The notes below the pieces were generated by a model. The model was not told the DNA's origin. It did not search any database and worked only from the letters and a program-made list of their open reading frames with translations. The translations under genes and the position numbers were made by a program. From positions 15,339-79,338 of the forward strand of contig CAWJKT010000018.1 in assembly GCA_963843375.1 (NCBI GenBank): DNA of 64,000 nt. Direction: 5' to 3'. Below, piece by piece: positions 44,590-53,808 of the stretch (its first letter is position 1; every line of letters begins with the position of its first letter). Source of the DNA: an uncultured Pseudomonadota bacterium. Its GTDB lineage: Bacteria; Oederibacteriota; Muellerivitia; Muellerivitales; Muellerivitaceae.

Positions 44590-45405
44590 TACTTCCTCGT
44601 CGACGACCCGCGCTACGTCACCGGCCAGTTCAATGCGCACATGGCGAGCTGCCTCCTCCTGCAGGCCGACGAAGCTGTTTGGGCCGCAGACAAAGCGGCC
44701 GAAGGACGGCTCAAGGGCCTCATCACTTCGCCTATCCAACAAATCGAGGCAAAGGGCGTCGACCCGATCCGGCTCAAAAACTACGTCCGGCTCATCATGA
44801 CCTCGAACGAACCATGGGTCGTTCCGGCCGGTCGGGACGAACGCCGCTTCGCCGTGCTCGACGTCGACCCGCGTTGCGCCGGCAACCACGCCTATTTCGC
44901 CGAGATGGAGGCGGAGCTGCGCGACGGCGGCTATGCGGCGCTGCTCCATGACCTGCTCGCCTTCGACCTCGACAGCGTCAACCTCCGCGTCACCCCCAAG
45001 ACTGAGGCGCTCCTCTACCAGAAAGAGCGCACGCTCGACCCGATCAGCGCCTGGTGGCTCGATCGGCTCGTCGCCGGCCACACGACGCGCGCCGGCGACG
45101 CGTGGGAGCCGTACCTGCCCACGAAAACGCTGTTCGACGATTATCTCACGACGGCGGACAAGGTCGGCGTCAAGCGGAAGGCAGACGAGACCATTTTCGG
45201 CCAGGACCTGCGCAAGCTGATGCCGGGAATCGACAGGAAGAAGCGGATCATCGGGGCTGTTCGGACTTGGTGCTACCTAATCCCCTGTCTCGCCGAGTGC
45301 CGCGCCGCCTGGGATGAGGCCATGGGCCAGACCCGCGATTGGCCGCCGGAAGACGAAGACGAGCCGGATTGGCCTGGCGAGAGAGCGGGGTCGGCCGATT
45401 TTTGA
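44590..45405 (+). CDS. 5'-truncated phage primase-helicase C-terminal part (DUF5906/D5-like)
   Basis: GQFNAH...LLQADE...LKGLIT...IEAKG.D...IMTSN...ERRF. Confidence 0.8.
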   Translation, partial: YFLVDDPRYVTGQFNAHMASCLLLQADEAVWAADKAAEGRLKGLITSPIQQIEAKGVDPIRLKNYVRLIMTSNEPWVVPAGRDERRFAVLDVDPRCAGNHAYFAEMEAELRDGGYAALLHDLLAFDLDSVNLRVTPKTEALLYQKERTLDPISAWWLDRLVAGHTTRAGDAWEPYLPTKTLFDDYLTTADKVGVKRKADETIFGQDLRKLMPGIDRKKRIIGAVRTWCYLIPCLAECRAAWDEAMGQTRDWPPEDEDEPDWPGERAGSADF

Positions 45406-45417
45406 AAAACCCGACGC

Positions 45418-45668
45418 GCCCCACCTGCCCCACCTGCCGCGGAAGGTGGGGCGCGGAAAAAGGATAGACGAAACAACGATGTGCCCCACCTGCCCCACCT
45501 GCCCCACCTGTTTCCTCGCGCGTGCGCGCGAGCGTGCGCCCCAGGTAGGACTACCTTTTCCACTTTTTCTCAAAATAGGTGGGGCAGGTGGGGCAGGTGG
45601 GGCAACGCCTTTTCCGTCAACGGGTTGCACGCGCCCCACCTCAAACGGAAGGTGGGGCAAGGTGGGGC
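45418..45668. repeat. Iteron-like cluster, 12 copies of GCCCCACCT in both orientations (putative origin)
   Basis: Six forward and six reverse copies directly after the primase gene. Confidence 0.75.
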
Positions 45669-45882
45669 GCGGCCGGGGCGACTGCGCCCGAGAGGACCTA
45701 TCGACGATCGCGCCGCGGTATCGCGCTAGAACGCGCGCCACCGTGGCGCGCATTGGATATGCGCTTCAGTGTGAAGCGCATATCGCCAAGCTGCTCCGCC
45801 GTGAGGACGCCTGTCGGTCCAGGGGTTTGGGCCACGGTGGCGCAAACCCCGCCACGTGGGCGGTCACCCGCCGGTCGCCGCC

Positions 45883-46245
45883 GTGATCTCGGAAGACGCG
45901 CTCGCTCCCCGCGCTCGCGTCGCCGAGGTTGCGGCGGCGCTTTGCCTGTCGCCACGTGCGGTGCAGGCGATGGCGGCGCGCGGCGACTTGCCGGGCGCGG
46001 CGCAGATCGGCAAGCTATGGACGTTCGATCGAGAAAAGTTGCGGCGCTTCATCGCCGCCAAGGAGCGCGCATGCGCGAGCGAAACCTCTACCAGCGGGGC
46101 GGCATTTGGTGGTTGCGAGCCTCCGTCGACGGAGTCGAACGCCGCGAAAGTTTACGAACGCGCGATGTCAAGACTGCTCGGAGGATCCGGGACGCGCGGA
46201 TCGAGGCGTTCACCGCGGCTGCGTTCCGGGGCGAAAAGCGCGTAA
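45883..46245 (+). CDS. Excisionase-like HTH protein
   Basis: VAEVAAALCLSPRAVQAMAARGDLPGAAQIGKLWTF; overlaps the integrase start. Confidence 0.7.
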   Translation: MISEDALAPRARVAEVAAALCLSPRAVQAMAARGDLPGAAQIGKLWTFDREKLRRFIAAKERACASETSTSGAAFGGCEPPSTESNAAKVYERAMSRLLGGSGTRGSRRSPRLRSGAKSA

Positions 46246-47129
46246 GCTGGAAAGAGGCGGTCGCCGCCTGGGCTGAGCATGAGGCCGTCCAGATCGCGCC
46301 GTCGACGGCCAGGCGCTACGCGGTCAGCCTCCTGCAGTGCGAGCCGTTCCTCGAGTTCGTTCGCCGTCGACGAGATCGACGGAAAGTCCATCTCAGCGCT
46401 GATCGCCGGGCGACGGAAGCTCGGGGCGACCCCGGCGACGGTCCGCCGCGACCTGACGGCGGTCTCCCGGGTCCTCGAGCACGCCGAGGCCGAGGGCTGG
46501 CGGGAGGGCAACCCGACGCTGTCGAAGAGGAAGCTGCTCAAGGAGCGCCGCGACCCGATCGTCCTTCCCGAGCGGGCGGCGATCGAGGCCGTGATCGACG
46601 CAGCCACGCCCCGCTTCGGCGCGCTGATCCGCGCCGCCGAGCTCACCGGCGCACGCCAGGACGAGCTCGTGCGCGCGACTTGGCGGGCCTTCAACCCGCG
46701 CGCCGCCACGCTCGAGATCATCGGCAAGGGAAGGAAGCGCCGCACCATCCGCCTCGACGAAGCCGCGGCGGCACATTTTCGGCACAGCCGCGGACCCTCG
46801 GCGCCGAGCAGCGGATATTCTGCCGCGAGGGCGGCCTGCCGTTCGCCCAGGCCGCGAGCGACTTCACCCATCTGCGCCGCCAGGTCGAGGCCCAGGCCGA
46901 GCGAGAGGGCCAGCCTTTTCGCCGCTTCCGCTTTCATGACCTGCGCCATCTCTACGCCGTCGAGGCCCTCCGCCGAGGCGTCGGGATCTATGACCTGTCG
47001 AAGCATTTGGGGCACACGTCGGTGAAGACAACCGAGATCTATCTTGCCTTCCTGACCTCGGATGAGGCAGAACGAGCCAAGGCCTCGACGGCACAAATTC
47101 CGGCACAGTCACGGCGGTTCGCAGGCTGA
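46071..47129 (+). CDS. int: Tyrosine integrase, two frameshifts
   Basis: TGAR..EL, GKGRK.R, FHDLRH, LGHTSVKTTEIY. Confidence 0.9.
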   Translation: MRERNLYQRGGIWWLRASVDGVERRESLRTRDVKTARRIRDARIEAFTAAAFRGEKRVSWKEAVAAWAEHEAVQIAPSTARRYAVSLLQCEPFLEFVRRRRDRRKVHLSADRRATEARGDPGDGPPRPDGGLPGPRARRGRGLAGGQPDAVEEEAAQGAPRPDRPSRAGGDRGRDRRSHAPLRRADPRRRAHRRTPGRARARDLAGLQPARRHARDHRQGKEAPHHPPRRSRGGTFSAQPRTLGAEQRIFCREGGLPFAQAASDFTHLRRQVEAQAEREGQPFRRFRFHDLRHLYAVEALRRGVGIYDLSKHLGHTSVKTTEIYLAFLTSDEAERAKASTAQIPAQSRRFAG

Positions 47130-47163
47130 GCAACCGAGGTAAGCCGTTGAAGTCGCTTAAGAA

Positions 47164-47253
47164 GGAAGGATGGCCGAGTGGTTTAAGGCAGCGGTCTTGA
47201 AAACCGCCGTGGGGGCAACCCCACCGTGAGTTCGAATCTCACTCCTTCCGCCA
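47164..47253 (+). tRNA. tRNA-Ser(UGA)
   Basis: GGAAGGA/TCCTTCC acceptor, GCGGT-CTTGAAA-ACCGC anticodon arm, long variable arm, GTTCGAATC, encoded CCA. Confidence 0.97.
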
Positions 47254-47406
47254 TTGAGCAACTTAACTAGTTGAAAATGTTTGATTTATTTCTCTACCCC
47301 TCGTCGTGCGCACAAACATGCGTCCAAGCCTCGTCCGGCTTTCTTCGGATTACGTGGGACGCTAAGGTCTCCTTCCCTACCAGGTAGAAATCATCGGGAG
47401 GATCTG

Positions 47407-47718
47407 ATGACGCAAAATACTGAGCGCGAGGATAAAATCCAGGCCGTGTTCAACGAGGCAGTGGAAACGGCTAAGGTCACGCTTCCGTGGTATGTGCGTG
47501 TGGGTTTTCCAGAAAATTCAGACGCCGCCACCGTCACTATTACGTTTTACGGCGTAAAAGGACCTTTTGACGTAACCTTTTTTGTTAAGCCAGACGATGG
47601 TATAATTGCGAAGCGGCCCGACGGCAGATTAATAGCCGGAGTAGGCAATTTATACGATGACAATGTCGCAGACGCGGCCGCTCACATCATGAAAGCTGTG
47701 GCCGACGAACAGGCGTGA
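47407..47718 (+). CDS. Hypothetical protein
   Basis: GGAGG before ATG; lower GC than its surroundings. Confidence 0.55.
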   Translation: MTQNTEREDKIQAVFNEAVETAKVTLPWYVRVGFPENSDAATVTITFYGVKGPFDVTFFVKPDDGIIAKRPDGRLIAGVGNLYDDNVADAAAHIMKAVADEQA

Positions 47719-47800
47719 GAACCGCCCCAAAGGACTCTTCCCTGTCCTGGCACCAGGGCCGCAGTGCGCGCCACGATCGCGCCGCGGCGATGGGTGCAAC

Positions 47801-47995
47801 TCAGGACGATGCGCCACCCCTGGCCACGGAATGAACCTCGCGCCCGTAGGCGTCGAGCACGCGCATGGTGACGGCGTCGGGCGGCCAATCCGCGTCCACA
47901 ATAAGCTCGATCACACGCGTGACGTTTTGAGCGGTGTCGATCCATTCACGAATGACTTTGCCCGCACCGTCGAGGAATTGGATTCGGTATTGCAT
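47801..47995 (-). CDS. Small hypothetical protein
   Basis: 64-aa ORF, protein-like composition. Confidence 0.5.
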   Translation of the reverse strand: MQYRIQFLDGAGKVIREWIDTAQNVTRVIELIVDADWPPDAVTMRVLDAYGREVHSVARGGASS

Positions 47996-47996
47996 G

Positions 47997-48263
47997 TCAG
48001 CGGTCCCAAGGGCGGCGCTCGAGCATCCGGGTTGCAGTGTCGAGGCCGATCCTCTTCCCCGTCATGCGCGCCACGATGAGCGCGACGCGCCGCCAGTGCT
48101 CAGGCGTCCGGCCGGCGTGCGTTGTCCCATCCGGCAGGACCACGTCACGCTGCCGCCAACGGGCCTCCGCATAGGCCCTGCCACCATGGTCGCGGATCAA
48201 GGCCTCGGCGTCGGCCTGCGCCAGCCGTTCGGCTTCTTTGCGGCGCCGGAGCCATCGCAGCAT
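47997..48263 (-). CDS. Small hypothetical protein (MLRWLRRRKEA...)
   Basis: Purine-rich Shine-Dalgarno; adjacent to the next minus-strand ORF. Confidence 0.45.
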   Translation of the reverse strand: MLRWLRRRKEAERLAQADAEALIRDHGGRAYAEARWRQRDVVLPDGTTHAGRTPEHWRRVALIVARMTGKRIGLDTATRMLERRPWDR

Positions 48264-48363
48264 TTCCGGTCCCCCTTGCGCACGCTCTTGTCCGCCCATA
48301 CCTGCGCCGCAGTGTCCAAACTGTCCAGCGCCGCAAAAGATCGGCGAGCCCGAGCCTCTCAAC

Positions 48364-48579
48364 ATGATCCGCATCGCCATCACTGAGGCCGCCCTCGTCG
48401 CCATCGGCGAGATCCTGCCGGAAGGAACCGTGCTGCAGATAGACCGACGCCGCGGGCAATGCTTCATCCACCTCGAGGAGGCGATCGTCGATCGTCTTGG
48501 GGCCATGCGCGGGCCGCGGGAGAGCTATTCCGACGTCATCTTTCGACTCGCTCAACTGGAGGCGAACCGGCTCGCCTGA
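48364..48579 (+). CDS. Small hypothetical protein (…RGPRESYSDVIFRL, RHH/antitoxin-like end)
   Basis: ESYSDVI.RL motif. Confidence 0.5.
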   Translation: MIRIAITEAALVAIGEILPEGTVLQIDRRRGQCFIHLEEAIVDRLGAMRGPRESYSDVIFRLAQLEANRLA

Positions 48580-48723
48580 AACCAAACGTCTTCGCGCTCG
48601 GAATGCCCCGTTCCGGCGTCTTGCGGCGGGACAGGATGCCTGAACACGACTGATGATAGTTCTGTTGACACAATCTCTGTGGTTGCATATTCTTCGGTTC
48701 GGGACAGAACGGGGGATTGTGCA

Positions 48724-48918
48724 ATGAGAACACTGGTGGTTGCGGTTTGGCTGTGTACCATGGCGGCAACGGCGGCGCAGGCCGCACCAACTTGTTCGGC
48801 ATGTGGCATTATCCATCCCGCGCCGGCTCCTGAAATCGGCGCTGGCCTTCCTACCCTGCTGGCAGTCGGCGGTGTCTTGCTTGTGGCGCGGCTCTTGAGG
48901 CGTGGGCAGCGAGCCTAA
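48724..48918 (+). CDS. Tiny secreted protein with PEP-CTERM-like tail
   Basis: Signal peptide, CSAC, APAPEIGAGLP, TM, RLLRR. Confidence 0.6.
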   Translation: MRTLVVAVWLCTMAATAAQAAPTCSACGIIHPAPAPEIGAGLPTLLAVGGVLLVARLLRRGQRA

Positions 48919-49113
48919 AAAACCGACCTTCGGACTAGGTCGTCATTTCGCAGGATCAGGGCCCTCGACGTCAAGCCTCCGCCAGGCGGGGACCGCGGGG
49001 AGGCTAGCGTGACGGTTTGATGGCAGGCGCCGCCGCGCGCTCAGTTGGCGTTCCGCCAATATCTCCCACCCCGCAAGTCAGAGGAGGGTGGCAGCAAGGA
49101 GGAGGTAAACGTG

Positions 49114-49308
49114 ATGACCAAGATTGCAGTCTTCGCGCTGATCGCAGTCGGCCTAGTCGTGACCAGCGCCCCGGCCCTCGCCAACTGCGGAGGACACTGT
49201 CAGCAGATGAAGGTGTGCGGAGCCCAAGTGAGAGCCAAGGGCACCGCCAAGGCTCAGTTTCAGGCCGAGTACAACAAGTGCATGGCTGACCCGCACAATT
49301 ACAAGTGA
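49114..49308 (+). CDS. Small secreted Cys-containing protein
   Basis: AGGAGG upstream, signal peptide, four Cys. Confidence 0.6.
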   Translation: MTKIAVFALIAVGLVVTSAPALANCGGHCQQMKVCGAQVRAKGTAKAQFQAEYNKCMADPHNYK

Positions 49309-49479
49309 CCGTTGCACTCGGCCGTGAGCGAACAAAAAGCCCCGCTCCGGCGCGAACTGGAGCGGGGCAATGGTGGCGCGCCATTGCTGGGGGGCGTAAA
49401 TGCGCGCCGACGCTGATCCTACCATGACGGCGTGAGTGGTGACATGCAAAAAGGCGCGGCCGAAGCCACCCATGCGCGC

Positions 49480-49698
49480 CTATGCGATCATGACCTTCCC
49501 TGGCGCCGCCGAAACGATCGAAATCAGCTCGCTCGTCTGCTTGCCTTCCGAGTTTGCGAGAGTGAGCGAACCATGCGGGTGCAGTGCGCGGGCGATCATC
49601 ACCAGATCGGATGTTCCGTAGCGCCTCGCGTCGAGCCTGAGGGAGGCCCCGGCCTGCGCCAGGCGCATCAAGTCGGCAGGACTCTTCCCCTCAATCAT
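49480..49698 (-). CDS. Small hypothetical protein with internal repeat
   Basis: DLMRLA/DLVMIA/ELISIV repeats. Confidence 0.5.
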   Translation of the reverse strand: MIEGKSPADLMRLAQAGASLRLDARRYGTSDLVMIARALHPHGSLTLANSEGKQTSELISIVSAAPGKVMIA

Positions 49699-50126
49699 AT
49701 CGCACGAGCCTTTTTCTGCAGGCTCAAGAGACTGTCCTCAGTATCGGAAATTTTTCAAGACGGTTTAGGATGGAGCGGCCCGTCGAACGAAAAGCCCCGC
49801 TCCAGGCGAGCAGAGCGGGGCACAGTCGGCGCGTATCGCTGGCCGGATCGCGTCCGGCTAGACGAGGAGCTGGCGACGCGACGGCTGTCCACGGTGTGGC
49901 GCGCCGCTTCCGCGCCCCTCATTGGTTATTAGCCGCCACGCGCGAGTGAATGTCCATCGCTTAATAGCGCAGGGACAAAAAAACCCCGCCCCAGGGCGAG
50001 CGGGAGCGGGGCAAGGTGGCGCGCCTCCAGGGTTGGGGGGGTCAACAGGCGCGCCAGTCGAAGGAAATGCGGCGGCGCTTGCGTTGTTCCCGGCCAACAG
50101 ATTGGCAACCTCAATGGACTGGCCAC

Positions 50127-50486
50127 TCATTGCTTCAGGAAAGTGTCGACCGCAATTGCAACAGCGCCGTATTCGGCGTGGATCAGCGGCAGGGTCGTCT
50201 CAATCAGACAGAGAGTGTTCAAATATTCGAGATTTTGCATGAACCCTTCGGCGATTCCGGGCGACCTTGCAAGGGCCTCGCGGGCGTCGGTCTCGTCCTC
50301 GACGGCCTCATCGAAAGACCGCTCGTAGGCGTCGTAGCTCGCGAAATCAGTCTCTTTCATGGCCCAGACCCTTTTTTGCGCGCGCCAGTGGGCCATCATG
50401 AGAGGGCGCCGATCGGGACGAGCCCTCTCTATGATGGAGGTGAGCGTCGCCAGATGGGCGGTATATTCCTTTGGATCGTAAGCCAT
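50127..50486 (-). CDS. Hypothetical protein
   Basis: GGAGG upstream; 119 aa. Confidence 0.6.
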   Translation of the reverse strand: MAYDPKEYTAHLATLTSIIERARPDRRPLMMAHWRAQKRVWAMKETDFASYDAYERSFDEAVEDETDAREALARSPGIAEGFMQNLEYLNTLCLIETTLPLIHAEYGAVAIAVDTFLKQ

Positions 50487-51305
50487 CGTTTCCTCCAGTT
50501 ACGGCTCTCAGGCTGAGAGCCACGAAGTATTATCTGCGCGATTAAACTGAATGTCAACCTGTTAGCGCAGAACAGCTGGCAACTCCAAGAATTGTTCAAT
50601 TAGCAACGTCTTGCTAATCTGACAATCATTGCCAGATACATCAACTCTATTGCGCGATTGACATTGCACCAGTTGCGCTATTCCCTAGGTGAAATCGCAA
50701 CGCGTTGCTGAAAACACAATTTGCGTCGCTCGGCGCGCCCCGGCGGGTTGGTCTTTCCGGCCCGACGTTAATGTGAGAACATCCGGACCGCTTGTCGAGA
50801 AGGCGTGGGCGGAGGGGCGGAGGGCCATTAGTGCACGGATATTGGCAATTCCGGACGGAGCACGGTGCCTTTCGGATCGTGCCCGACGCCGCTCAATTCG
50901 TCGCTTTCTTCGAAAGTGAACCTTTGGGGTCTTACGCTTCCGCGGAACAGGCGCTTGAAGACCTGGTCGGCGGCTCCACGGCTTGGCCGTCAATCGGAGA
51001 TCCGGCCAATTTTGGGTTACCCGACGATCTCAGCGAATGGGAGTTCATGCGGGCGCTGAACTGATGGCGCGCCATTGCGTTTTTGGCAACGCGCGCCTCG
51101 GATTGCGGATAGGCAAGCAACAATCAATCGACGGAGCCTATCGACTGACCGTTGATCATAGGAACACTCTATGAAGGTGTCGAGGATGAAGGCTCAATTC
51201 TTTACAACCCAGCATGCCCGGTCGCGCCCGGGCGAAATGTACGCGCCGTGCGCGTCACTTGCGCCGGGCGACGTCAGAAAGCCAGTAGCGGCCAGAATTT
51301 CATTT

Positions 51306-53399
51306 TTAATGTGCGGCCATATCTGCGCTGCGACAGAGGCGCCGTCGACCAGGACTGTGATCGGAGTTTGATTGATTTATCACTGGCGCGATGTTGATCG
51401 GCTTGCTCAGGCCTTGCGCCCGCGTGACCATGAGGCCCTGCTCGCGACCGAGTTCTGGATCATTTAGGCCGGTGTATCCTGCGCCGCGTAGGGCTTTGCT
51501 GGCGCGGCTGGCGTTCCAATAGTCCTGAAGAAGGCCCGGGTAGGGCGGCGTCTGCCAGTCTTGAATGCGGACGCCGCCCCCTGCGTATTTGCGGGGAACA
51601 ATGACCTGAGGCCCGGCAGACGCGGGAGACGACCCTCCGCCGAACAGTAGGTCGTAGATGGCGTTGCGGTGGGTCCAGAGCTCGTACCCGCCCGCAGCCG
51701 CGGCCCCCCAGAGACCCAGGCGGCCGAGCATGCCCAGGCCGCCCGCGCCAGCCGCGCCTGCGCCGCCTAGACCGACCAATGACGCCAAGCGGCCGAGACC
51801 CCAGCGCGCGCCAACGGCGAGGCCAACATCGGTTGAGACGGCCTGGGCTTTTCCACTGATGGTCGGAAACGTATCGGTCACGGCTTTTATCGCGTGCAGC
51901 GCCGCGTCAAGCTGCTTCAGCCCCGCTACGACGGGCGGGAGGATCACCGCGCCAAGGTCGATCAGCACGGACTGCAGGGCGCCCCACGTTGATCGAAACT
52001 GAACGTCGGGCGCGTTCGCCTGCGCTCGCGCCCAGTAATCGCGAATTGCCGGGAAATTTGCCATTTCCTGCCGCGTTTGGCCCAGGATCTTCTCGACGAT
52101 CGGATCGCCGAGAAAAGAGAGCGCGCCTGACCCCTGCGCGCCAAAGACCTGGCGCTCTGAGACGAGCCGTTGCGCCGGGGTCATTCCCTGGTAGGCCCTG
52201 GCGGCCGTGTCGATCAGTTTGAAGAAGTCCGGAGCGCCATTGTCACCGAGGAACGTCGGCTGCCCGTGCGCGTCGACGAGGCCGAATGCGTGCAATCCCT
52301 TCTCGTGCGCTTCGAAGAGCCTTTTCGACATCAGGCTGGTGCCGGGCAAGGCCCGGATACCCAGCTCTCTAAGCCAAGTGCCTGCTTTTGTTGATAAAAT
52401 TCCCCCGCGCTGCATCGCGGTCATCGCGAGCATGACTGCGTCCGGATCATAGCCGCCGCCGACAAGCGTCGGGATTGCATACCCGGCTGCCTTGGTCATC
52501 GCCGCCAGGTTAAGCGGGTCAATGCTGCTGAGGTAGGTGAAGTCTCGCATGATATGGCGAAGCTGCTCGGGGCCGTATTGCCGGCGCATATGCGCCAGGC
52601 CGATAATCGCCTCGATCCCCTCGGTGACCGTCGTGCCCTTCTGCCTCGCCTCCGCCGCTGCACCCTGAAGGAGATCGGGCAGGAGGTCGAGCCGCTGCCC
52701 GAAGGGCATGCCGGCCAGTTGTTGCATCGCTTTCAGCGAAGCCGCGTCGAGCTCCCTCAGCGGCGCGCCGGTCGTCGCCATGGCGCTGGTGATTGCCTGG
52801 CGGAACGCTCGGAACAGCGGGTCGTCTCGAAGCGCGCCCTTTGGAAGGATGTTGGCCGTGGTGAAAAGCTTCTGCGCCGTCGATTCGATTTCGCCCTCTT
52901 CGTAGGCGCCGTACCCGAGCAAGCCGAGACTGGCGAGGGCGGCGTTCGAGCGCCCCAGATGCGCGTGAAAACCGCCTGGAATTGCGACGCTCGGGCCGGT
53001 AACACCAGGGATTGCGCCGTGGCCGCCGCCTCCACCAACGCGCGGCACGCCCGCCGCCGCGATCGCGCGCGATGCTGCGCCGATGCTCGCCATTTCAGCC
53101 TTCATGGCCTTCAAGGAGGGGATCGCCGACGCCGCTCCGGTGTCAACAGACGAGAAGGTGGATCGCATGCCGGCCGCCGCCTCGCCTCCGGCCATCTTGA
53201 TGAGCGCCAATTGTTCATTTACGCCGGCGAGGCCCTCGGTAGCGCCGGTGAAGCGTATCGCGCCGATCGACGCCAACTGCTCGCGGACTTTCGCGGTCTG
53301 GGCGTCAATTTTGCTGAACAGGTCGGATATCCTCGTAAGGACCGACGAGGCGCGATCTATGACAGTGAAACTGGCTGCAACTTCATAACTTGTTGGCAT
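51306..53399 (-). CDS. Tail tape-measure-like protein
   Basis: Long Ala/Gly-rich helical protein; GILSTKAGTWLREL and VFGAQG resemble TP901-type core. Confidence 0.65.
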   Translation of the reverse strand: MPTSYEVAASFTVIDRASSVLTRISDLFSKIDAQTAKVREQLASIGAIRFTGATEGLAGVNEQLALIKMAGGEAAAGMRSTFSSVDTGAASAIPSLKAMKAEMASIGAASRAIAAAGVPRVGGGGGHGAIPGVTGPSVAIPGGFHAHLGRSNAALASLGLLGYGAYEEGEIESTAQKLFTTANILPKGALRDDPLFRAFRQAITSAMATTGAPLRELDAASLKAMQQLAGMPFGQRLDLLPDLLQGAAAEARQKGTTVTEGIEAIIGLAHMRRQYGPEQLRHIMRDFTYLSSIDPLNLAAMTKAAGYAIPTLVGGGYDPDAVMLAMTAMQRGGILSTKAGTWLRELGIRALPGTSLMSKRLFEAHEKGLHAFGLVDAHGQPTFLGDNGAPDFFKLIDTAARAYQGMTPAQRLVSERQVFGAQGSGALSFLGDPIVEKILGQTRQEMANFPAIRDYWARAQANAPDVQFRSTWGALQSVLIDLGAVILPPVVAGLKQLDAALHAIKAVTDTFPTISGKAQAVSTDVGLAVGARWGLGRLASLVGLGGAGAAGAGGLGMLGRLGLWGAAAAGGYELWTHRNAIYDLLFGGGSSPASAGPQVIVPRKYAGGGVRIQDWQTPPYPGLLQDYWNASRASKALRGAGYTGLNDPELGREQGLMVTRAQGLSKPINIAPVINQSNSDHSPGRRRLCRSADMAAH

Positions 53400-53405
53400 T
53401 GTTTT

Positions 53406-53808
53406 CTATTTCCCCTCCAGAATTTCCACTGCGAACGCGCTGAAGATCTCCGCAGCCGGCGCTTCCGACCGCGACATTGCCAACGCCAAAAACGGCCGTG
53501 GAGGTTGGTGCACCGTCCCTAATTCGAACCAGAGAGCGTTTTTGTCGTTGCTGCCAATGACGCCCTCGGCGCCGCCGGGAATCGCGTGAGCCTCAGCTTC
53601 GATCGAACTCGCGCATCGCCCCTGTCTCGATCCCAGGAGTATCCGCAGCCTTTCTCTCAAGCGTTCGCGGCGACAGCGCGGGCCAGCCTTCCTGATAAAC
53701 GCCGAGAAGGGATTTTGCGTCCTCGGCGAGGACGGTCACCAATTTCGCCGTCGGAGCGACAAGATCGGCGCGCGCGCGACCGGCCGCGACATCCAAAATT
53801 CGCGCCAT
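53406..53808 (-). CDS. HK97 gp10-like/virion morphogenesis protein, frameshifted
   Basis: WPALSPRTLERK...ETGAMR then VIGSN...WFELGTVHQPPRPFL. Confidence 0.6.

Noticed and set aside
44590..47129. Phage integrase as the recombinase of the cassette array
   Set aside because: It lies across the chimeric junction in a different genome
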